A stretch of DNA of 64,000 bases from an uncultured Candidatus Saccharibacteria bacterium (GTDB lineage Bacteria > Patescibacteriota > Doudnabacteria > UBA920), in the NCBI GenBank assembly GCA_964597895.1, contig CAZQZS010000002.1, positions 68,019-132,018 on the forward strand. The letters run 5' to 3'. The notes under the pieces are model-generated. The model was given only the letters and a program-made list of their open reading frames with translations. It searched no databases and was not told the DNA's origin. Below are positions 49,172-58,038 of the stretch, piece by piece; the stretch's first letter is position 1; every line of letters begins with the position of its first letter. Position numbers and translations under genes: made by a program.

Positions 49172-49307
49172 AGATTTTCCTCCAATTTTAGAAAGTGTGA
49201 TGATTATTATGTTTTTTTTGATTATTGTCAACTCTTGCAATGGTTGTGCACAACTGCTTTGACCACCTGTTTACAGTAAGAGTATAGTTATTTTAGGAGG
49301 TGAACAT

Positions 49308-49940
49308 ATGCGAAGGAGGTTTTGTTTCGTTGTTAGCATATTGTTGCTGACCGGGTTTGTGGAATTTGCAAACGCCCAAAGATTCTCACCGTACTACCGC
49401 CTAAGGATGCTTAGGTTTAATGTAGAATGGGATGGTAACCGCGACCATCAGGATCCAAACAAATATTCAGGAATACTCAAGTGGGAACTGGATAAGCAAC
49501 ATCCAGATCCAGGAGTTTATCACCTTAAATTTCGAGGTACGGAACAACAAGGCGTGTATTATGTGATCCGCCTGTTCCCAGACAGAAGTTACGAAATCTT
49601 TGGCCAAGGCGAGACACTGGTTAATGAATCCAAAAGAGCAGGGCTTAAAATAGTGCTCGCACCAGATACCGACTTAGCCCAACCCTACGTGGTCAAACGC
49701 GGAAAAAACGAATATCAGGTATTTAACCACGTCGAAACCACCGAGTTAATCAAATTGTTTGATACTCTTAACCAGTGGTTGTATTTGCGGATTATCCCCA
49801 AAGCTACTGGTCAACCGTTTGAACATAAACTCTTCCAGAAAACAGAACTGGAAATGGGTAGTGCCATCACTTTCAAACGCAATCAGGAGTGGAGTTGGGG
49901 GAAGATGACGGATAGCCGAGTCCCAGCTACAAAACCGTAA
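49308..49940 (+). CDS. hypothetical secreted protein (N-terminal signal peptide)
   Basis: 210 aa. AGGAGGTG SD. Signal-like MRRRFCFVVSILLLTGFVEFANA. No family recognised. Confidence 0.55.
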   Translation: MRRRFCFVVSILLLTGFVEFANAQRFSPYYRLRMLRFNVEWDGNRDHQDPNKYSGILKWELDKQHPDPGVYHLKFRGTEQQGVYYVIRLFPDRSYEIFGQGETLVNESKRAGLKIVLAPDTDLAQPYVVKRGKNEYQVFNHVETTELIKLFDTLNQWLYLRIIPKATGQPFEHKLFQKTELEMGSAITFKRNQEWSWGKMTDSRVPATKP

Positions 49941-50090
49941 AGGAAATTTGCCAAACCAGAGCCCAAGCTCTGGTTTATTTACTAAGCAATATATCATTTA
50001 TTTTGTCAAGTCTATTGACTTTTTCTATAAAAAATACTAATATTTATTCAAAGCCCCGCAGCGGGTTTTAAAAAAGCCTAAATTTTAATC

Positions 50091-50273
50091 ATGAACAAAA
50101 TCGTCTCGTTTTTTAAGGAAGTAAAAAGCGAATTATGGAAAGTTGTCTGGCCTAGTCGTCGCGACGCAATTCGCTATACCTTAACCGTCATAGTCTTTTC
50201 TATAGTTGTTGCGGCCATTTTAGGAGCTGCCGACTATGGTCTATTAAAGGGATTTGAAGCCCTCATCAACTAA
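50091..50273 (+). CDS. secE: preprotein translocase subunit SecE
   Basis: 60 aa. FFKEVKSELWKVVWPSRRDAIRYTLTVIVFSIVVAAILGAADYG is the canonical single-TM SecE pattern. Followed by nusG. Confidence 0.88.
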   Translation: MNKIVSFFKEVKSELWKVVWPSRRDAIRYTLTVIVFSIVVAAILGAADYGLLKGFEALIN

Positions 50274-50274
50274 T

Positions 50275-50820
50275 ATGTCTAAACAACAAGTTACAGGTGA
50301 GAAGCATTGGTATGTCCTTCATACTTACAGCGGCTATGAAGATAGCGTGGCTTTAAACCTCAAACAGCGTATTGAAAATTTGAACATGCAGGATAAAATC
50401 TTTGACGCGATTGTACCGAAAGAAAAGAAGATCAAAATCAAAGACGGTAAACGCACCACAGTGGAAGAAAAGATTTTTCCAGGTTATGTTCTTGTGAATA
50501 TGATTGTAACTGATGACTCTTGGTACGTGGTGCGCAACACGCCTAACGTAACCGGATTCGTAGGCAGCGGAACCATTCCAACCCCAGTCGCTCAGGAAGA
50601 ATGGGATTACTTACAAAAGCGCATGGGCGCGGATGAGCCAAAGTTCAAAGTTGATTTCGAAGTTGGGGAACTGGTTCAGATTACAGACGGTCCGTTCAAA
50701 GATTACGAAGGCAAAATTGGTGAGATTGATAAGGCTAAAGGTAAGGTAAAAGTATTCGTGACCATCTTCGGCCGCGAAACTCCAGTAGAGCTAGATTTCT
50801 TACAAGTTAAAAAAGTTTAA
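50275..50820 (+). CDS. nusG: transcription termination/antitermination factor NusG
   Basis: ATG at 50275 directly after the secE stop. WYVLHTYSGYEDSV (NGN domain) and C-terminal KOW FEVGELVQITDGPFKDYEGKIGEID. Confidence 0.9.
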   Translation: MSKQQVTGEKHWYVLHTYSGYEDSVALNLKQRIENLNMQDKIFDAIVPKEKKIKIKDGKRTTVEEKIFPGYVLVNMIVTDDSWYVVRNTPNVTGFVGSGTIPTPVAQEEWDYLQKRMGADEPKFKVDFEVGELVQITDGPFKDYEGKIGEIDKAKGKVKVFVTIFGRETPVELDFLQVKKV

Positions 50821-51021
50821 GAATTTATTTATTCCCGCCACCCGTTTGAAAGGGAGTAAGCTAGCTCAAGTCCGCCATAGCCCGCTGTGAGGTGGGCGAA
50901 AGGCGGATGAGAGCGCTCCCGAAAAAGTAGGTGGCTAATATAGACCTCAATTAATTAATAAGTAGTCGGTTCCGGTTAAGACTTGGAATCTCGCCGCTAA
51001 TAACGGTTACTACTCGATAAA

Positions 51022-51447
51022 ATGGCAAAAAAAGTTAAGTCAATGGTGAAGCTTCAGCTTCCCGCAGGTAAAGCCACTCCAGCGCCTCCAGTCGGTACAG
51101 CGCTCGGACCACACGGTATTAATATTGCTGAATTTACCAAAGCATTCAACGATCAAACAGCTCAACTGGGCGACACGATCATCCCGGTAGAAATGACCAT
51201 CTACGAAGACCGGTCTTTCACCTTCATTCTTAAGACCCCACCTGCATCAGTTTTGATTCGCAAGGCTGCTGGATTGCAAAAAGGTTCAGCCAACCCGTTA
51301 ACCACTAAGGTAGGGAAGATTACCTCTGCTCAGGTTCGCGAAATTGCGGAAACCAAAATGCCCGATCTCAACGCCGTAGACATTGAAGCAGCTGAAAAGA
51401 TCATCCGCGGCACAGCCCGCAGCATGGGTGTAGAAATCAAGGATTAA
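51022..51447 (+). CDS. rplK: 50S ribosomal protein L11
   Basis: 141 aa. [43 protein letters not shown] is near-universal L11. Confidence 0.97.
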   Translation: MAKKVKSMVKLQLPAGKATPAPPVGTALGPHGINIAEFTKAFNDQTAQLGDTIIPVEMTIYEDRSFTFILKTPPASVLIRKAAGLQKGSANPLTTKVGKITSAQVREIAETKMPDLNAVDIEAAEKIIRGTARSMGVEIKD

Positions 51448-51663
51448 TCATTAACCTTTGAACTTGTCCTTTTGGCCAAGTTCGACACGAGCTTGGTCTG
51501 GCTTTACCCGACCATCGCGAGCTCGAAGCCTGCGAGCACTGAGCGATGCGTACCAAAGGTACACTGAGCGAAGAGCGGAGCTGGCGACAAAGAAATTAGC
51601 CAAAGACACTTTGAAAGTCTCGACTTGCTCCAGACTGAAAAGTGTTGAAAGGAAGGTTCAAAA

Positions 51664-52002
51664 ATGAATCTATCATGGATTAAGAGAGTGTATCTCTATT
51701 TGGTATCACTCATCTCGTTGGTCATCTTAGTGATTGCTAGCATTATCCTCATCAATCTGGCTCTCAAGACCTGGGTCTTTCCGAAAGCTGACCAGAACTA
51801 CTATACATATTGTCCGACAATTGCAGAAAAGGCTCCTGATGGTGAAGTTATCTCGCAGCCTCGGGAATGTACTGATGAGCAATATGCCCGCGATCAGCGC
51901 ACTGCGCAAAAGCAGCGCGATGCAGCACAGGCTCTAGCCATGATAATCGTAGCCGCTCCTGTGTTCTACTATCACTGGAAACTGGCTCGTAAAGAAGCTT
52001 AA
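51664..52002 (+). CDS. hypothetical small membrane protein inserted between rplK and rplA
   Basis: 112 aa. SD AGGAAGG 8 nt upstream. N-terminal TM (VYLYLVSLISLVILVIASIILINLAL), Cys-containing hydrophilic middle, C-terminal hydrophobic segment. Confidence 0.45.
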   Translation: MNLSWIKRVYLYLVSLISLVILVIASIILINLALKTWVFPKADQNYYTYCPTIAEKAPDGEVISQPRECTDEQYARDQRTAQKQRDAAQALAMIIVAAPVFYYHWKLARKEA

Positions 52003-52180
52003 AGACCAATGGAGAATGAAACCCAAAACGGGTTTCCCTCTCCATCGCCCCACTCCGTGGGCGACCTCACCCTTCCAATAAGTCTTCACTCGGGGATACC
52101 TCGAGCTTCAGACAACTATGTTATTTATTAATAAGTGGGACCCTGAGTTTATCAAAGGGGCAGACCACTAAAGGAATGTT

Positions 52181-52861
52181 ATGAAATTATCCAAACGCGC
52201 TAAAGCAGCGCAGGAAGCAGTAGATTTAAGCCAAATCTACACCGCCGAAGAGGCGATTGAATTGGTTAAAAAAACTGCTACCACCAAGTTTGTTGGTTCA
52301 GTAGAAGTGCACCTAAACACTGCCATTGACGCCAAGAAGACCGACCAAGCGATTCGCGGGGCAGTCACTCTCCCACACGGAACCGGTAAGACCAAAAAGA
52401 TTGCCGCTTTCGTAACCGACGGTAAAGAAGCAGAAGCTAAAGCAGCTGGCGCAGAAATCGTTGGTGGGGAAGAGTTAATCAAGAAGATTAAAGAAACCGA
52501 GAAGACTGATTTTGACGTCGCTGTTGCAGAACCAGCCCTGATGCCTAAGCTAGCAACCATCGCTAAGATTTTGGGAACTCGCGGCTTAATGCCTAACCCA
52601 AAAACCGGCACAGTATCTGAAAACATCAGCGCGGCGATTAAGGAAATCGCTGGCGGTAAGGTTAACTTCAAAAACGACAACTCCGGTAACGTTCACCAAG
52701 TCATAGGCAAAACCAACTTTGATTCTGCCCAACTTATGGAAAATTTGAAGAAGTTTATGGAAGCAGTTCATGCTTCAAAGCCTTCTGCAGTCAAAAAGCA
52801 GTTCATCCAAACCATGACCCTAAACGCAACTATGGGCCCTGGAATCAAATTCAAAATGTAA
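52181..52861 (+). CDS. rplA: 50S ribosomal protein L1
   Basis: 226 aa. Typical L1 sequence throughout (...AVTLPHGTGKTKKIAAF...GGEELIKKIK...RGLMPNPKTGTV...). Confidence 0.97.
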   Translation: MKLSKRAKAAQEAVDLSQIYTAEEAIELVKKTATTKFVGSVEVHLNTAIDAKKTDQAIRGAVTLPHGTGKTKKIAAFVTDGKEAEAKAAGAEIVGGEELIKKIKETEKTDFDVAVAEPALMPKLATIAKILGTRGLMPNPKTGTVSENISAAIKEIAGGKVNFKNDNSGNVHQVIGKTNFDSAQLMENLKKFMEAVHASKPSAVKKQFIQTMTLNATMGPGIKFKM

Positions 52862-52975
52862 AGCTGGTGATCTTGCAAGTTATAAACTGAGCACTCACTA
52901 CAACTAAACAACCCATTAGGGTTGTTTTAGTTTGTAAAATTGGTATACTAAGGCAAACCAAAGGAGGACACACTA

Positions 52976-53629
52976 ATGATCAGCGTTGTATTACCGATTA
53001 GCTCAACGGCTATCCCTGAGAGTAGTTCAACCGAGACGTTCAACTATACCCAGCTGTCCGACCTTGCTCTGGCCAATTTAGGAGGAAAAAACAGCGATCC
53101 AAAGGCTTTTGAAGAGCTATACAGGCGTCATCACCGTCAAGTTTACAGTCTTTGCCTGCGAAGGATGCATAACCCTGACGATGCCGAAGATTTGACTCAG
53201 GAAGTTTTCATTCAAGTTCATCGAAAACTTAGCTCTTTTCGTGGAGATGCAGCTTTCACAACTTGGCTTTACCGACTCACGGTCAATCAGGTACTAATGC
53301 ACTATCGCAAGGCTCACATCAAAAAAGAGCGCCAAACTTGCACTTTGGGAGAAAGCGAACTGAAGCTGTTGGAAAAGAATGGGGCCAACTTTACCTATCC
53401 GGACCAGCCTCTTTTAATCAAAGATGCGTTACGCAAATTAGCGGACGGATACTTAAGAGTATATATACTGCACGACGTGATGGGATACGAGCATGAGGAA
53501 GTCTCCGAAATGCTTGGTATCAAGATTGGGACTTCCAAGTCCCAACTTTTCAAAGCCAGGCTTAGACTAAGAAAGCTGGTAGAGACTAGAACTAATCCCA
53601 AAATCTATACTCCTAGCACCGATATCTAA
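52976..53629 (+). CDS. ECF-type RNA polymerase sigma factor (sigma-70 family, regions 2 and 4)
   Basis: FEELYRRHHRQVYSLCLRRMHNPDDAEDLTQEVFIQVHRKLSSFRGDAAFTTWLYRLTVNQ (region 2) and YILHDVMGYEHEEVSEMLGIKIGTSKSQLFKARLRLRK (region 4). GGAGGA SD. Confidence 0.8.
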   Translation: MISVVLPISSTAIPESSSTETFNYTQLSDLALANLGGKNSDPKAFEELYRRHHRQVYSLCLRRMHNPDDAEDLTQEVFIQVHRKLSSFRGDAAFTTWLYRLTVNQVLMHYRKAHIKKERQTCTLGESELKLLEKNGANFTYPDQPLLIKDALRKLADGYLRVYILHDVMGYEHEEVSEMLGIKIGTSKSQLFKARLRLRKLVETRTNPKIYTPSTDI

Positions 53630-53650
53630 TCGGTGCATTTTTTTTGACAT
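53618..53650 (+). terminator. hairpin terminator overlapping the sigma-factor stop codon
   Basis: GCACCGAT-ATCTA-ATCGGTGC followed by ATTTTTTTT. A TTGACA -35 element follows immediately. Confidence 0.55.
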
Positions 53651-53694
53651 CCATAATCTGTTCCTGATAACATAATGATTCTGAAGGAGGTAGA

Positions 53695-54003
53695 ATGAAT
53701 AACGTACGTCGCAAGCAGATCATCTTTGAAGCTGTCTTGAAATATAATCAAAGTCGCGCCAAACAATACCTGCGCATGCGAGGGATTCCGTCCTCATTAG
53801 CAACCAAGAACCTGTTGTACTACCTAAAGAACTGCAAAAGATTTGGTGAGACTCCTGAGTGCCACACCATTGGCCGGATCGTACGCATGGCTGCGCTAGG
53901 GGAATCGTATTACCCTAAGTTAAGCGGATACCGTTTTTACACCCGGTCTCATGCAACCCAGCACCAGCTAACCTACGAAGGTCAGTCCTTACACGCCAGC
54001 TAG
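53695..54003 (+). CDS. hypothetical 102-aa protein with a Cys/His cluster
   Basis: Strong SD GAAGGAGG. Own TTGACA promoter. Terminator GCCAGCTAGCTGGCG+TTTTTT right after the stop. Contains NCKRFGETPECH. No family recognised. Confidence 0.55.
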   Translation: MNNVRRKQIIFEAVLKYNQSRAKQYLRMRGIPSSLATKNLLYYLKNCKRFGETPECHTIGRIVRMAALGESYYPKLSGYRFYTRSHATQHQLTYEGQSLHAS

Positions 54004-54093
54004 CTGGCGTTTTTTGTTTTAAATAAGCCAATTTTACACAGTTTCCAAGCTGCTATAATTATAGTAAGATAGAAAATATTAAACTATAAAACT

Positions 54094-54684
54094 ATGATTC
54101 TTTCCGATGCCGATATAAAAAAGGCTCTGTCTACCGGAGCCATTACTGTAGATCCATTGTTCCCAGGAGCCATTCAGCCGGCCAGTGTAGACTTGCACCT
54201 CGGAGCAGATTTCTTAGTCTTTGAAGCAGCTCATCATGCTTTCATTGATCCAGCTGAACCAATTGATGACATGATGAAAGAAGTGACAATTTCGGAAGAT
54301 AAGCAATTTATCTTACATCCAGGAGAATTTGCTCTTGGTCTAACTTATGAAGTAGTCGGTGTAAATGACTCTATGGTCGGACGCTTAGAAGGAAAATCAT
54401 CCTTAGGCCGCATCGGATTAATTATTCATGCCACAGCCGGCTATCTTGATCCGGGCAACAAACTTAAGATGACCCTTGAGCTGCACAACATCTCCGGACT
54501 GCCAATCAAGCTTTACTACAAAATGCCAATTGCGCAATTATCGTTTTCGCCGCTGTCCAGCAAGGCAGACGTGCCTTATGGGGCTAACCAGATTGGCAGC
54601 AAATATTATGGCGCCATGAAGCCTCAAGCGTCGCAGTACTACAAAAATTTTCAGAACAATAATTCGTGGATGAAATTTAGCTAA
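54094..54684 (+). CDS. dcd: dCTP deaminase
   Basis: MILSDADIKKALSTGAITVDPL...ASVDLHLG...GRLEGKSSLGRIG fits the dCTP deaminase/dUTPase-fold family. Confidence 0.88.
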   Translation: MILSDADIKKALSTGAITVDPLFPGAIQPASVDLHLGADFLVFEAAHHAFIDPAEPIDDMMKEVTISEDKQFILHPGEFALGLTYEVVGVNDSMVGRLEGKSSLGRIGLIIHATAGYLDPGNKLKMTLELHNISGLPIKLYYKMPIAQLSFSPLSSKADVPYGANQIGSKYYGAMKPQASQYYKNFQNNNSWMKFS

Positions 54685-55394
54685 TGGCCATCTGGAAAGA
54701 AGCACAACCTAAGCAAGTGGAGCCTGGGAAGTTTATTGTTATTGAAGGCACTGATGGGACTGGGAAAACTACCCAAGTCAAATTACTCGCAGAAACTTTG
54801 GCCAGCTATGATTACGACGGGGTCATTTTTGACTTTCCTCAATATACAAATGTGTCCAGCGCACTGTTGGATAATTATCTAAAAGGTGTCTATGGCCAAC
54901 TCAATCCAGAGGCGGCATCTATTTTATATGCTGTTGATCGGTTTGACGCCAGCTACTCTGTTCGCGAACATCTAAACGATGGTAAGATAGTTTTAGCAAA
55001 TCGCTACGTCACTTCTAACGCCGGTCACCAAGGCGCAAAAATTTTTGATGCGCAAGAACGTATCAAATTTTTTAAGTGGCTGGACAACTTAGAATACACG
55101 ACCTTTAACATCCCGCGGCCGGATCTGACGATTATTCTGCATTTGCCTGTCGAGATGACGCTAGAGCTGATGAAGCAGGGGAATAAAGATAAGGGCACAG
55201 TTCCTGATATACACGAAACAGACCTGGAACACCTCAAACGGGCAGAGCAAGTTTACCTGGAAATAGCTGGGCTGTTTCCAAATACTAAATTAGTTGAATG
55301 TTCCGAAAATGGTGTCTTACTAACTCCTCAAGAAATCCACGTAAAAATTTGGGAATTAATCCGCAGAATCGTCCTTAAAAACAATTCTTTTTAA
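54684..55394 (+). CDS. tmk: thymidylate kinase
   Basis: P-loop FIVIEGTDGTGKTTQ, DRY-like motif ANRYVTSNAGHQGA, lid region. ATGG overlap with dcd. Confidence 0.88.
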   Translation: MAIWKEAQPKQVEPGKFIVIEGTDGTGKTTQVKLLAETLASYDYDGVIFDFPQYTNVSSALLDNYLKGVYGQLNPEAASILYAVDRFDASYSVREHLNDGKIVLANRYVTSNAGHQGAKIFDAQERIKFFKWLDNLEYTTFNIPRPDLTIILHLPVEMTLELMKQGNKDKGTVPDIHETDLEHLKRAEQVYLEIAGLFPNTKLVECSENGVLLTPQEIHVKIWELIRRIVLKNNSF

Positions 55395-55468
55395 GCTGAA
55401 TTTTTGACACAAACATTAACTTCGTTTAAGCTGATTCCAGCAATTTAAGCTTAAATTGGAGGAAAAAT

Positions 55469-56332
55469 ATGAAACAATATCATGATGCTTTAAAGCAAAT
55501 CCTCGCTGATGGTGTTGGTCATGATGACCGAACCAAGGTAGGGACAATTTCCCTATTCGGCGAGGTACAAATGAGCTTTGACCTAAGTCACAGTTTTCCG
55601 ATCTTGACCACCAAGAAAGTTCCACTGCGCTGGATCTTTGTTGAGCTAATGTGGTTCTTGCAAGGCAAAACCGACAATCAATCTCTGCTTGAGGAAGGTG
55701 TGACAATCTGGAACGAATGGGCAACCGCAGAACAAACCGCTCGATTCGGGCGAGAAGAGGGAGACCTTGGACCAATCTACGGCTACACCTGGAGAAGCTT
55801 TGGCGGAGACTATCCCGAAAAGAATGGTTTCGACCAAATTGCAAGACTCATGAATGATCTTGCAAATAACCCAAACTCCCGCAGGCACATCACCTCCGGA
55901 TGGGACCCCAAAGAAGCAGACAATGTCGCGATTCCGCCTTGCCACACTCTGTTCCAATTCAAAGTTGAACAAATAGACGGCGAACAGCATTTATCCTGCA
56001 AGTTGTATCAGAGAAGTGCAGACTTTTTTCTGGGCGTGCCATTCAACATTTCATCATATGCTCTGCTAACTTGCATGATCGCACATGTGATGGGCATGAA
56101 ACCAAGAAAGTTCATCCACACTTTTGGCGATGCTCACATCTACAGCAACCACATTGAAGCGGTTGATGAACTCTTGTCCAGAACGCCCCGGGCACTTCCA
56201 ACTTTAGAATTTGTGAATGCTGATCATCTAATCGGCAAAGGTCTTGATGGCCTGCTTGGGTTCAAATGGGAAAACATCCAACTCAACGGATACGATCCGT
56301 ACGGAAAAATTGAAGCGCCTGTGGCGGTGTAG
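55469..56332 (+). CDS. thyA: thymidylate synthase (ThyA type)
   Basis: 287 aa. LRWIFVELMWFLQG, active-site PPCHTLFQF, DGEQHLSCKLYQRSADFFLGVPFNI. Confidence 0.95.
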   Translation: MKQYHDALKQILADGVGHDDRTKVGTISLFGEVQMSFDLSHSFPILTTKKVPLRWIFVELMWFLQGKTDNQSLLEEGVTIWNEWATAEQTARFGREEGDLGPIYGYTWRSFGGDYPEKNGFDQIARLMNDLANNPNSRRHITSGWDPKEADNVAIPPCHTLFQFKVEQIDGEQHLSCKLYQRSADFFLGVPFNISSYALLTCMIAHVMGMKPRKFIHTFGDAHIYSNHIEAVDELLSRTPRALPTLEFVNADHLIGKGLDGLLGFKWENIQLNGYDPYGKIEAPVAV

Positions 56333-56341
56333 GAGGGGATT

Positions 56342-56866
56342 ATGATTAACCAAATTGTTGCGTACGATAAGAACCGAGTTATCGGCGCAGACAACGAGCT
56401 CCTCTGGAGAATCCCAGAGGACATGAAATATTTTAAGGAAAAAACTATCGGCAATGTTTGCGTAATGGGAAAGGAAACCTATACTTCTATTCCGGCCCAA
56501 TACCGACCATTATCCGACAGGCTTAATGTCGTTCTTACAACAACAGGGGGCATTACGGAAATTCCCGACAGCGTAATCGTCGCACGTTCAATTCCCGAAG
56601 CGTTTGACGCGATCAAATACAACGCGGCATGGGGCAAACGGGACATCTTCTTTACCGGGGGTCAGCGTGTCTATACCGACGGCTTGGAATTTACCAATCG
56701 CATCTACGCTACGGAAGTTGGAATTGAGTCTGATATCTCTGGCAAAGACCTGGTGAGATATTACCCTGATCTGGATATGAAAATCTGGGAGGAAACCTGG
56801 CGAGAAAACCATCTAAACGCCAAGATTCCTTTTTCCTTCGTGATATATGAGCGCCGCAGAAACTAA
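56342..56866 (+). CDS. folA: dihydrofolate reductase
   Basis: MINQIVAYDKNRVIGADNELLWRIPEDMKYFKEKT...VMGKETY matches the DHFR N-terminal signature. 174 aa. Confidence 0.85.
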   Translation: MINQIVAYDKNRVIGADNELLWRIPEDMKYFKEKTIGNVCVMGKETYTSIPAQYRPLSDRLNVVLTTTGGITEIPDSVIVARSIPEAFDAIKYNAAWGKRDIFFTGGQRVYTDGLEFTNRIYATEVGIESDISGKDLVRYYPDLDMKIWEETWRENHLNAKIPFSFVIYERRRN

Positions 56867-56912
56867 TTCTGCGGCCATTTTTTTATCTTCAAAATTCACG
56901 TATAATTAGGCA

Positions 56913-58004
56913 ATGAATGAACTTATAAAGCGGCTGGAAGAGCTTGCTGACGCGGCCAAGAATCTCACAGAAAAACTTAACCTAAAGCAAAAGCAGCAAA
57001 AAATCCTGGAGTTAGAAGACAAGATGCAAGCTCAGGATTTTTGGTCTGATTCAGATTCAGCCCAGCAAGTTTCTCAAGAGTACAACAGCCTAAAAACTTT
57101 TGTAGACTTTTGGCAAACTATTGATAATAAAATTGCCGAAACAAAAGAACTTATTGAAAGCAACACGGACCACTCCACAGAGACGGAGAAGTTTCTTGCG
57201 CAACAAGTTAAAGATTTAGAAACTGCTTACCATCAAAACCAGCTCATGGTGATGATGTCCGGAAAGTATGATGAGCATAATGCGATCTTTGCCATTCATG
57301 CCGGCGCTGGTGGAACCGATGCGCAAGACTGGGCAGAGATTTTGTTGCGCCAGTATTTGCGCTACGCAGAAAAACATAATCTCAAAACCGAAATTCTTGA
57401 TCAAAGCAAAGGCGGGGAAGCGGGGATTAAGTCCGTCACTGTTCATGTCAAAGGGTCTCACGCCTATGGATTATTTAAAAGCGAAGCCGGCGTGCATCGC
57501 TTAGTCCGTTTGTCGCCGTTTAATCCTGCACATACCCGCGAAACATCTTTCGCACTGCTCGAATTAATTCCTGAGCTTGCCGAGCAGGAAGCTTTAAAAC
57601 TGGATCCAAAAGACCTCGAGATTGAAGCCAACACATCATCTGGCCATGGCGGACAGAGCGTTAACACTACATATAGCGCTATTCGGATTACCCACAAACC
57701 AACGGGAATTCGCGTAAGTATTCAAAATGAACGCAGTCAGCATCAAAACAAGGAGCTGGCTATGAAAATCTTGCTTGGCAAACTCCAAGCCTTAGAAGAC
57801 GAAAAACTCGCTGCAGAAAAAAAAGAACTCCGCGGCGAGTTTAAATCCGCGGAGTGGGGGAATCAAATCCGTTCTTATGTGCTTCACCCTTACAAAATGG
57901 TAAAGGACCACCGTACGGATTACGAGGAAAGCGATCCCGATAAAGTGCTCGATGGTGAGCTCGATAATTTTGTAGAAAAATATTTGGAAAGCCAAATAAA
58001 ATAA
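56913..58004 (+). CDS. prfB: peptide chain release factor 2, single uninterrupted frame (no programmed +1 frameshift)
   Basis: SPF tripeptide (LSPFNPAHTRETSF) specific to RF2. Universal GGQ (SGHGGQSVN). Confidence 0.9.
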   Translation: MNELIKRLEELADAAKNLTEKLNLKQKQQKILELEDKMQAQDFWSDSDSAQQVSQEYNSLKTFVDFWQTIDNKIAETKELIESNTDHSTETEKFLAQQVKDLETAYHQNQLMVMMSGKYDEHNAIFAIHAGAGGTDAQDWAEILLRQYLRYAEKHNLKTEILDQSKGGEAGIKSVTVHVKGSHAYGLFKSEAGVHRLVRLSPFNPAHTRETSFALLELIPELAEQEALKLDPKDLEIEANTSSGHGGQSVNTTYSAIRITHKPTGIRVSIQNERSQHQNKELAMKILLGKLQALEDEKLAAEKKELRGEFKSAEWGNQIRSYVLHPYKMVKDHRTDYEESDPDKVLDGELDNFVEKYLESQIK

Positions 58005-58038
58005 AAGCACCAGCTAAGTTACAGCTGGTGTTTTAAAG

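Noticed and set aside
51458-51667. 69-aa Arg/Ser-rich ORF right after rplK
   Set aside because: It lies in a GC-rich hairpin-dense segment, has no SD, and its composition looks like a GC-driven open frame. It is treated as non-coding structured RNA, although this is not proven.
56913-58004. Programmed +1 frameshift in prfB
   Set aside because: The RF2 frame is continuous from the N-terminus through SPF and GGQ to the C-terminus. There is no short upstream ORF ending in CTT TGA.
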